Assembly: GCA_000025185.1 (NCBI GenBank)
Contig: CP001848.1
Span: forward strand, 1,170,001 to 1,202,000
Direction: 5' to 3'
DNA length: 32,000 bases
DNA from: Pirellula staleyi DSM 6068
GTDB lineage: Bacteria; Planctomycetota; Planctomycetia; Pirellulales; Pirellulaceae
Shown here: in pieces, positions 24,043 through 31,793 of the stretch
Layout: every line of letters begins with the position of its first letter
Numbering within the stretch: the first letter of the stretch is position 1
The notes under the pieces: generated by a model
Told to the model about the DNA's origin: nothing
Databases searched by the model: none
The model's input: the letters and a program-made list of their open reading frames with translations, nothing else
Translations under genes and position numbers: made by a program

Positions 24043-24426
24043 ATGAAACTCGTTCCAACCGTCGCGCTGCTGGTGGTTGCAGCCGTGCTGGTCACCACCT
24101 TCGCAAGCACTGCCGAAGCTGGTGGACCGCATGGTCGCGCCGACCGTTTGGGTCGCTACTACGCTTCGCAGCGTCCGTGGCACGGCCCTTACGCCCACAC
24201 CAGCTACGGTGCACCGGTGGCCCTGATCGTTCCACCAACGGCCAACATGCACACCAGCTATGCCTGGGGTGTCGCTCAAACCGAAATGGTGCCGATTTAT
24301 CACCAGTTCCGTCGCGACTATCCGGGCGTCAGTGGTGGCGGTGGTGGCTATGGCTACATGCCCACACCTAACTGGCCCAGCCACACCGATCAGTTCGGTG
24401 TCTACCCAGTCCGTGGTCCATGGTAG
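24043..24426 (+). CDS. Small secreted His/Tyr/Pro/Gly/Trp-rich protein, unknown function
   Basis: The ATG at 24043 has SD AGGAG (24031-24035). The signal peptide is MKLVPTVALLVVAAVLVTTFASTAEA. The mature part contains WHGPYAHTSYG, NMHTSYAWG and a GGGGGYGYMP tract. A terminator follows. Confidence 0.7.
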   Translation: MKLVPTVALLVVAAVLVTTFASTAEAGGPHGRADRLGRYYASQRPWHGPYAHTSYGAPVALIVPPTANMHTSYAWGVAQTEMVPIYHQFRRDYPGVSGGGGGYGYMPTPNWPSHTDQFGVYPVRGPW

Positions 24427-24472
24427 TCATTCTGATTTGATTGCTGCAATCACTTCGAATACAAACTAGCGA

Positions 24473-24505
24473 GGCGAAGATTCTTGATGGAATCTTCGCC
24501 TTTTT
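24473..24505 (+). terminator. Rho-independent terminator of the two-gene secreted-protein operon
   Basis: 11-bp stem GGCGAAGATTC / GAATCTTCGCC with a 6-nt loop (ttgatg), followed directly by TTTTT. Confidence 0.8.
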
Positions 24506-25090
24506 CGTTAACCAATTGCTGTATCGATAGTTACACGACCTGCCTGCAACGATCTTGACGACAGTTGGCACGGGCGTTGCTTTAGATCTCTTCCATACCG
24601 CATCGAAAGCGATGTCGCTAACGACGGGTGTGCTTGTGCAAGCCACAAGCCCGGGTTGGGGATGGAAGGAACGCGTCACATGTTCTCGTCACTCATGGTT
24701 GGTCTGGGTTACTTCACGCTGGTGGCCTCGATCTTTTGGCTTTCCCGCCCAGTCCGCACACTCCACCCATTTTAACCTTTCCGTGAACTGGCTCACGTTC
24801 CGACAGCCGGCTGCCGATTCGTAGGGTTAGAGCCTTACCAGTTCTACCTCTCAGGAAATCTGTGTATGCCGGACGGAAAACGTCGGCGTCGACATAGCCA
24901 GAATGTCGCGCGTCGTCAGTGGTATGCCCAGCATCGCTCGCAGCGATTCTGTCGGCGGTTCGGATGGATCCCACCTTCCCCTTCAAGCACATCGCCCCAG
25001 TCGAGATCCTCACGGACGATCCTGGCAGCGGTTGCTGTTTAGTCGGGCAGATCATCAGCCAGAATGCTCGGCCACGAGCTGGGCGGCTAG

Positions 25091-27595
25091 CTATCGCGAT
25101 GATTCGCTGACGATTTGCTCGAACGGCAGCTTCCAAGCGGTGCCATCGAGCCCCGGAGGCGAAGCGAGTAAAAAACTGGCCAGCGCCTTGGCTCCCGCGC
25201 GGTCGCCGAGCCGCAGCTGAGCGGTTGCCACTCGATGTTTGGCACGAAACCAGCGTTCGGTGCGCGGGCGACTCTTCGATGCCACCAGGCGCCACTGCGC
25301 CAGGGCGCGCTCGAGCGAAGTGCGATCGGTGGAATCGAGCAGCAGTTCCGCCAGTGCTTCTTGAACCCGCGCATCTTGCGGATGGCTCTTGGCAAGTTTC
25401 TCGAAAGCGACGAGCGCTTCTTCCCATTTACCAAGCGATGCCAAAGCGCTCGCTTCATGGCGCGAGAGTGTCAGCTGCGACGCGCTGTTTAAACTCGTCG
25501 CGCTACGTCGCCAATGCTCGACAATCGCCAGGCGGACACTCGCCAGTTGCTGCTGATGCTGTTTGCCACCCGCTGGAAAGGTTTCGAGCGTGTCGAGGAG
25601 CGCGGTGAGCGAGAGATCGTCGACCGGGAGTCGCTTCACGAGCTCTTCAGCATCGTCGGCGCGTGCGGGATCACTAGCCATCGCGACCATTTGCCAGCGC
25701 GCAGCCGACGCAGTCCAAGCATCGTCGGGAGCTGGTATCCCCCGCGCACTCGCGGCGAGCATCGACTCGGCCAGCGCTTGCTGCGCGGTGTAGGTGATCA
25801 GCAACTCGGCTGCAGCCAGCACAAGTTCGCGATCGCCAGAACTCCACATCGCTGGAAGTTTTCGCATCGCGCCGAGCAATCGTAGTTCGAACGCTGCCAC
25901 ACTCTCTTTGGCCACCTGCATACGATCGTCGGCTGATGCCTTGATCACGGCAGCGCGAGCACAAGCGATAAGCAGCTGCGTTGCTTCTTCAGCTTTATCA
26001 CTATCGCGCGGAACGAGAGCCGATGCGCGAATAGCCGGGGCCAGCTCGGCGCTGGTGGCAGCCAGTCGCATCCGCCAAATCGCCGCTTGCTGAGCAGACG
26101 CTGCTGTCGGCCAAAGTCGCAAATGCTCGTCGAGCTCGCGTGTGTACTCGGCAAGCACCTCCGCACTACTGCGTGCCGCTTGTGCAAGATTCCACAAGCC
26201 TCGCAAGTGAGCCGTCGATGCTTCGGCGCTAGCAGGATCGCTGGTCGCGAGTGCAACAAATTTTTGAGCGGCTGCCGGATAGCGTTTCTGCTGCTCATCG
26301 ATCATCGCACTCTTGAAAGCAAGCGAGAACGCGCTCGTCAAATCGCCAGCCAGTTTCGCGCTCGCAGCAGCCTCGTCGTAGGCTTGGCGTGCATCCTCGA
26401 GCGAACCTTGCAAGTAGAGTCGATCAGCAGATCGCGCCAGCAGTTCACTCGCCCCGCTCGACGCTTTCGGAAGTGCAGCCAGGAGCAAATTATCGGCGCG
26501 TCGGCCCCAGTAAGCACCATGATTGCTGACGATCGTAGATGTCCACTCAGCCGCTTCACCGGCGATCTCTTTTTGTTCAGCCGAGCTTGCTGGCAACTGC
26601 TTAGCGCGCACGAGCATCAGTTCGAGAATCGCCAGATCGAGTTCTGCCGAACTGCTCCCATCGAGCGTGCGCTCAATCGCTGTCGGATCGGGCAAAACGG
26701 CGTCTTTTCCTAGAAATAACAGCCTTAATGCTTCTGCTCGCGCGTCGAGTCGCACGTCGCGCGGCATCCCTTCTTGGTCGAGCTTGGTGGCCAACTCACT
26801 CGCCTGGGCCACTTCTCCGAGCTGCCGCCAGGCACGAATCAGTTCAAGCGCAACTTCGTTGCGAACAGGATCTTCTTTCGTCAACTTCGTCGAGACAGCG
26901 ACCAAAGTTTCAGCCGCCGAGAGGAGCAGCGCGCGTCGGTCGTTCGACGTTGGTTCATACATCTCGGCACGGAGCAATCGTGCGCGAGCTTGGTGATAGC
27001 CCAGGTGACTTGCCAAGATAAACAGCTCGTCGGCTGTCGGCTCATCGGGTTTAGGTTCGACGCGACGACGCTGAGGAATGTCGATCGTGAGCTTTGCTGC
27101 CAGCGCTTCGATCTCGGTTTCGGCTTGACGTAACGCTGCGAGTGCCGCTTGCTGCTGCGCTGGAAGCCGCGAACTCATCGCTCCTTCCACTACAATCACT
27201 TCACCTCGCGCGAGACTCGTCAGCGCCGCTTGCAGCACAATGGAGGCTTCAAACGGATGCGCTGGATGCGTTTTACGAAATCGATCAGCCTCCGCAATCG
27301 CTTCGTCGAACTTCTCGGCACGCTCGGCTCCCGAGAGTTCGAGGGCGTGAAGCCCCAGTGTGCGCATCAATTCTTCTAGCGCTACGGCTTGCTCGCGAGC
27401 ACTCAAGTTCGTCGTTTGCAACTGATCGCGGCAAACACGTTCTGCCAGTTCGTACAGCCGTCGACTTCGTAGCGCAATCACGAGCGAGCGCTCATCAGCC
27501 GCCACATCCGATGGGGTTATCAGCAGCCAAGCAGCCAGTGCAATTGCATGCGCCCAGACAGCAAAATGATCACGCGAGAAAGGTCGCATCGTCAT
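25091..27595 (-). CDS. Large (834 aa) all-alpha, TPR-like repeat protein with an N-terminal signal/anchor; last gene of the ExbBD operon
   Basis: Its ATG overlaps the upstream ExbD stop (ATGA at 27592-27595). The N-terminal hydrophobic segment is FAVWAHAIALAAWLLITPSDVAA. The remainder is Ala/Leu/Arg/Glu-rich helical-repeat sequence with no catalytic motif. Confidence 0.7.
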   Translation of the reverse strand: MTMRPFSRDHFAVWAHAIALAAWLLITPSDVAADERSLVIALRSRRLYELAERVCRDQLQTTNLSAREQAVALEELMRTLGLHALELSGAERAEKFDEAIAEADRFRKTHPAHPFEASIVLQAALTSLARGEVIVVEGAMSSRLPAQQQAALAALRQAETEIEALAAKLTIDIPQRRRVEPKPDEPTADELFILASHLGYHQARARLLRAEMYEPTSNDRRALLLSAAETLVAVSTKLTKEDPVRNEVALELIRAWRQLGEVAQASELATKLDQEGMPRDVRLDARAEALRLLFLGKDAVLPDPTAIERTLDGSSSAELDLAILELMLVRAKQLPASSAEQKEIAGEAAEWTSTIVSNHGAYWGRRADNLLLAALPKASSGASELLARSADRLYLQGSLEDARQAYDEAAASAKLAGDLTSAFSLAFKSAMIDEQQKRYPAAAQKFVALATSDPASAEASTAHLRGLWNLAQAARSSAEVLAEYTRELDEHLRLWPTAASAQQAAIWRMRLAATSAELAPAIRASALVPRDSDKAEEATQLLIACARAAVIKASADDRMQVAKESVAAFELRLLGAMRKLPAMWSSGDRELVLAAAELLITYTAQQALAESMLAASARGIPAPDDAWTASAARWQMVAMASDPARADDAEELVKRLPVDDLSLTALLDTLETFPAGGKQHQQQLASVRLAIVEHWRRSATSLNSASQLTLSRHEASALASLGKWEEALVAFEKLAKSHPQDARVQEALAELLLDSTDRTSLERALAQWRLVASKSRPRTERWFRAKHRVATAQLRLGDRAGAKALASFLLASPPGLDGTAWKLPFEQIVSESSR

Positions 27596-28047
27596 CGCTC
27601 CGTGGCTGCGAAGCGAACTTGCGAGAATCCAGCAAGGCGCGCACGATCATACACATCGATCGCATTTCCGAGCGGAATTTCCGCATCAGGATGCACAATC
27701 ACCGGCACATCCGACTTAATCGCAGCCAGGGTTGCAAGCGCCGACTCGAGCGCCACGAGCGACACTTGGGGCACATCATTGAGCAGCACGGTTTGCGAAC
27801 TTTCGTCGCCAATCAGCCGCACCACCACCTGGTCGAAGTCGGCTTCCGGAGGAGGTGGTTCGTTGGTCGGTGTACTGCTACCCGCAACTGGTGATGTCAC
27901 CTGCACACTTCCGGGAATCGACTGCTCGGCGATTTCGAAACTACTGCTCCAGATGAAATAGACCATCAGTAGAAAGACACAATCGATCATGGGCGTCAGC
28001 TGCAACTCGACTTGTTCACGACGCGATCGCGAGGATGGAAGCTTCAC
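27592..28047 (-). CDS. Biopolymer transport protein ExbD/TolR, paralog 2
   Basis: Its GTG start overlaps the upstream ExbD stop (GTGA at 28044-28047). The TM signature LTPMIDCVFLLMVYF retains the conserved Asp. The periplasmic domain ends in IPLGNAIDVYDRARLAGFSQVRF. Confidence 0.85.
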   Translation of the reverse strand: MKLPSSRSRREQVELQLTPMIDCVFLLMVYFIWSSSFEIAEQSIPGSVQVTSPVAGSSTPTNEPPPPEADFDQVVVRLIGDESSQTVLLNDVPQVSLVALESALATLAAIKSDVPVIVHPDAEIPLGNAIDVYDRARLAGFSQVRFAATER

Positions 28048-28472
28048 GGCTGAGCCTCCTCGGGATAGACGGCGTAGGTCACATTCCAGATGTTCAGCTT
28101 CGCGCAGCGCAGCAGCAGGGGCTCGATATGTTTGTAAACCGTCCCTCGATCGCTGCGCAGTCGAACCTCGAGCTTCTCGCCAATTTCCGAGCGGCGCGCT
28201 GCGAGAAGTTGCTCGACATCATCGACCGACATCGTCCGGCCTTGTGCCATCAACTCACCACTGGCCAGCACGCTGATCGTCAAACGCGTATCGCTCGACT
28301 CGCGATCATCTTCACCTGAACGCGCGATCGGAAGTGGCAACTCGAGCTGCGATTCGCGCTTGGCTAAGTGACTCGACACCAAGAAGAAAATGATCAGCTG
28401 AAACACCACGTCGATCATCGGCGTCATGTTGAAACCGACACCACTGCTGGCTGTCATACTGGGAATACGCAT
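28044..28472 (-). CDS. Biopolymer transport protein ExbD/TolR, paralog 1
   Basis: ATG at complement 28470-28472. The TM signature NMTPMIDVVFQLIIFFLV retains the conserved Asp. The periplasmic domain contains LEVRLRSDRGTVYKHIEPLL..CAKLNI. Confidence 0.85.
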   Translation of the reverse strand: MRIPSMTASSGVGFNMTPMIDVVFQLIIFFLVSSHLAKRESQLELPLPIARSGEDDRESSDTRLTISVLASGELMAQGRTMSVDDVEQLLAARRSEIGEKLEVRLRSDRGTVYKHIEPLLLRCAKLNIWNVTYAVYPEEAQP

Positions 28473-28484
28473 GATGCTTGAACC

Positions 28485-29387
28485 TCAAGAACGTGCCGTT
28501 TTTCCCGGAGAATTCGCAGGTGGTGGAGGTGGCGGTGGAGGGGGAACCACACTCGCCGATCGACGCTTGAGTGGCGACACCGCATGCTGGGCGGCATAAG
28601 CAGCCTCGGCAATAAATTGATCAACCCGATTCCGAAAAATTGCAAAAGCGCCGAGCGATGGAATGGCGATGATCAGCCCCACCACAGTAGTGACGAGCGC
28701 TTGATAGATGCCATCGGCCAGTTGCGCTGCACCAGCATTTCCTTCCGAGTCAGCCACTTCTTTGAAGGCAAGAAGCATACCGGTGACCGTTCCCAAGAGC
28801 CCCACCATCGGCGCGATGTTACCAACCACCGAGAGATACTCGACCTTCCGAAACAATCGAGCCGACTGTTCGGCGGTGGCATCTTCCATCGCTTTTTCTA
28901 CTTCGCTGTAACCACCCTCAGCTTCCGCCAGACCGTAGAGCATGACGAACGCGAGGAGCGATGGCCGCTTGCGACAAAGCTCGGCCGCTTCACTCAGTCG
29001 GCCACTTCCCACGAGCGCTCGTGTCTCTTCACCAAGCCCATCGGGAATCAGTTCACTCCGTCGCAAGATCATCAGATTGTCGAACACCAGATACGCGGCT
29101 GTGAGCGAGAGCCCGATCAGCACGAGCATGATGATGACACCGACAGGTCCCCCCGAGAACAGAATCTGAAAAAACGATTTGCTCGGCTTTTCCGCAGGAG
29201 CCTCCGGCGCAGCAGCAGGCTGAGTCGCAGTCACTGGCGGAGTAGGAGCCACTTCTTGCGCGTCGACTTTCACAGTTAACAGGAACGTCAGCAGCACACC
29301 GAACACAAGCACGATAAACCGATCCAAGCGAACCTCCTGATAGCGAGTCGCGCAGCGAGGAACTTGCTCGCGATCGTCACTCACCAT
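28485..29387 (-). CDS. MotA/TolQ/ExbB proton-channel protein with a signal peptide, a Pro/Ala-rich periplasmic extension and a C-terminal poly-proline tail
   Basis: I prefer the ATG at 29387 (track TTG at 29408). The conserved block is LSVVGNIAPMVGLLGTVTGMLLAFK...LADGIYQALVTTVVGLIIAIPSL. The C-terminus is VVPPPPPPPPPANSPGKTARS. Confidence 0.85.
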   Translation of the reverse strand: MVSDDREQVPRCATRYQEVRLDRFIVLVFGVLLTFLLTVKVDAQEVAPTPPVTATQPAAAPEAPAEKPSKSFFQILFSGGPVGVIIMLVLIGLSLTAAYLVFDNLMILRRSELIPDGLGEETRALVGSGRLSEAAELCRKRPSLLAFVMLYGLAEAEGGYSEVEKAMEDATAEQSARLFRKVEYLSVVGNIAPMVGLLGTVTGMLLAFKEVADSEGNAGAAQLADGIYQALVTTVVGLIIAIPSLGAFAIFRNRVDQFIAEAAYAAQHAVSPLKRRSASVVPPPPPPPPPANSPGKTARS

Positions 29388-29458
29388 TTCCTGAAGACTT
29401 GCAAACAACTTGATGCGCCTTCACTCAATAAGTATTTAGAAACTTTTGACAAGTAAGG

Positions 29459-30508
29459 TCACTTTGGTGGCGGTTTTGTCGCATCGAGCCGACTTTGTCC
29501 TTCGCGTGCGGCTGCAGTCGCCGGGAAGTCGGTGACAAGCTCTTTCCAAAGTGATTTTGCCTGCTCCAAACGCCCCAATTTGTCGAGCTGCTTACCGGCG
29601 GCGAGTAGCGCATCGGCTGCCAGTGCAGCATGCTCGCGATGCTCCAGAGCCGCTCGCAAATAGGCAATCGCTGCTTGCTCCGACTCTCCCACGCGCGCTA
29701 GTCCCTCCCCCACAACATACCAGCCGACTCCCTGCACTTCGCGGGGCATGCCGATTAGCTGCTGTTTCCAGCGTGTGACATCTTCGGGCTTGGCCGTGAC
29801 CACTTGCGTCCGCCAGCGCTGTTGCCAGGCCAGCGCCGCTACACGCGGATCAGCGTCGCTCGACAAACTAGCCAGCTGCTCGATAGCCTGCGCGCGCTGC
29901 TTTGTCGCTAAGAGCCAACTTGCTCCCATCACACGCACCAGAGCATCGCGCGATTGACTCCACTGCGTTGCGGCTGCCTCTTGCGGCGCAGTGAGCGATG
30001 CCCCTTTCCATGCGACCGGTGTTAGCGGCGCGAAGATCGTTTCGGGATCGCTGGCTAGCAGCACGCGAAACTCTTCCCCCGCGCGATCCCACTGCTCGAG
30101 CTCCAGATGACCGCGCACCATATCGGCGGTGATCTCGCGAATCACAAAAGCGCGCGACTCATCGCGCCGCGCTTGCCGCAAGCGATCGATGGCCGACTCG
30201 ATATTTCCCGCGCTCAGCTCCGCAAGCGCTTCGCGATGTAGCGCCGAGCGCGTGAAGCTGATGCTACGAACACGCGCGGCAGGAAACTCTTCGACACTTC
30301 CCGTGGGAACTTGCAGCTTTAGCAAACGCCCCGTGTAGTCGACGATTCGGCCGGTGCGTGTCGTCAGCAGATCGCTCGATGTCGACGCCGTCATCGTTAC
30401 ACGGTCGAGTTCATCGGACGATGTGGGGACCTCTTGCGCCACGCACTGCGCTGCGGCGACGACAACGCACAGCACCCCTAATAACAGCGTTTTCCCAGTG
30501 TTTTTCAC
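29459..30508 (-). CDS. Secreted protein with a small N-terminal beta domain and C-terminal TPR-like helical repeats
   Basis: The GTG at 30508 yields an ideal signal peptide, (M)KNTGKTLLLGVLCVVVAAAQCVAQE. The alternative GTG at 30559 lies only 4 nt after the vWA stop. The C-terminal half is helical repeat (AIAYLRAALEH..., LEQAKSLWKELVTDFP). Confidence 0.65.
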   Translation of the reverse strand: MKNTGKTLLLGVLCVVVAAAQCVAQEVPTSSDELDRVTMTASTSSDLLTTRTGRIVDYTGRLLKLQVPTGSVEEFPAARVRSISFTRSALHREALAELSAGNIESAIDRLRQARRDESRAFVIREITADMVRGHLELEQWDRAGEEFRVLLASDPETIFAPLTPVAWKGASLTAPQEAAATQWSQSRDALVRVMGASWLLATKQRAQAIEQLASLSSDADPRVAALAWQQRWRTQVVTAKPEDVTRWKQQLIGMPREVQGVGWYVVGEGLARVGESEQAAIAYLRAALEHREHAALAADALLAAGKQLDKLGRLEQAKSLWKELVTDFPATAAAREGQSRLDATKPPPK

Positions 30509-30563
30509 GTCTACGGAAACTTTCGTCGCAGTCGTTCTTGCTATAGCAAGCAACTTCACATCC

Positions 30564-31580
30564 CTACCGCGCGGGGAGACTTGTCACGTCGATGTACCGA
30601 TGTTCGCCACCATTTTCTTTCGCGATCTGCTGCAGAAAATTCCACCGCGATGCCTTGGGACCTGCGCCGAACTCGATCGCGTGGATGGTGGTTCCGCGAT
30701 TCATCCGATGAATCGATTCGAGCTCTTCAGGCCGGAGCGCGGGCTCGTCGGCATCGGTCAAAAAGAAGATCACGTCGGGGTCGAGCTTCAGCGCCATCTT
30801 CAGCGGCACCAGATGCTCAGTTCCTCCCGACGCCACAATGCCACGCACAAACCGCTGGGCCAACTCTTTGTCGCGCTCGTTGCCGAAGAACAACTGCAGG
30901 CTTTGCCCACGAAATGGATTCATCACCTCGGGGCGTTCGTTGTAGAAGATGATCTGGAATTGATGCACGTTGCCCAGATGCGAGATGCTTTCGATCAGCT
31001 GCTCTTTCGCGGCGGCGATGGGACGACCACCATAGCCTTCCATACTGCCGCTACGATCAAACACATAAACGAAACGGCTCCCTTTTCCGGTGATCCCAAA
31101 CACCTGGGTCTCGGCCTCGCTACCGTTGCCAACACCGGGCCGCGTCCCTTTTCCACCACCACCACGGACCGCTTCCGAGGCACCAGGAATCGCCATCGCC
31201 TCGAGCGCCGCGCCACTGGCCTGCTCTCCTGTCGGAAGCTGGGGACCTGGCAAATCGCTCGGTAAAATTTCGGGAAGTGCCGCAGCAGCGGCTGAAGCAT
31301 CGGCGCTGCTCAGCGACGTGTCGGGCGATAGTGGCCCTGCCGCTGCTTCTTCGGAAAAGTATTCGGTTTTGCCAGCGGTTTGTTTCACAATCACGATGCC
31401 GCCATCGCGCAGTGGAATCCCTAGACTCGCCGATCGACGCGGAGCATCTTGCACCACCACAGCCAAAGTGGTGATGACGGTGAAATGCAACCCAAGCGAG
31501 AGGAGCCACGCTGGGATGCCGCGCGATTTGGTCGCAAGTGGCTCGAGCGGCGCTGGCCTCTCGATTTCGCTCGATCTCAT
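30564..31580 (-). CDS. Membrane-anchored von Willebrand factor A (vWA/MIDAS) protein with TonB/TolA-like topology
   Basis: I prefer the ATG at 31580 (track TTG at 31688). There is a single TM helix, IPAWLLSLGLHFTVITTLAVVV. An Ala/Pro/Ser/Gly-rich linker of ~90 aa follows. The vWA domain has a complete MIDAS: DRSGSM (DxSxS), ASGGTE (Thr) and FFLTDADE (Asp). Confidence 0.8.
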   Translation of the reverse strand: MRSSEIERPAPLEPLATKSRGIPAWLLSLGLHFTVITTLAVVVQDAPRRSASLGIPLRDGGIVIVKQTAGKTEYFSEEAAAGPLSPDTSLSSADASAAAAALPEILPSDLPGPQLPTGEQASGAALEAMAIPGASEAVRGGGGKGTRPGVGNGSEAETQVFGITGKGSRFVYVFDRSGSMEGYGGRPIAAAKEQLIESISHLGNVHQFQIIFYNERPEVMNPFRGQSLQLFFGNERDKELAQRFVRGIVASGGTEHLVPLKMALKLDPDVIFFLTDADEPALRPEELESIHRMNRGTTIHAIEFGAGPKASRWNFLQQIAKENGGEHRYIDVTSLPAR

Positions 31581-31793
31581 TGGCGGATGCGACACAGAAG
31601 TGGATCCTGCCTCAAGCGAGCGCGAAGGATGTGAAGAAACCCACTCGCGCGCGATGTATCGACAAAACTCGCACGCAGGCGTGGCCAAACAGACTCGGCC
31701 CGCGCGAATTCTAGGGAGATTAGCCGCTCGGGGTCAATCCGAACGTCGAGGCAACTGCTAGCGTCGCCTCGCCGCTGCGACTCACCCGCCCAA

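Noticed and set aside
24714-25458. ORFs 24714-25427 (-), 25087-25458 (-), 24903-25220 (+) and 25225-25608 (+)
   Set aside because: They overlap the 3' end of the 834-aa gene in other frames or extend into the convergent gap. Their Arg/Ser/Ala-rich composition argues against coding, and they have no start-site support.
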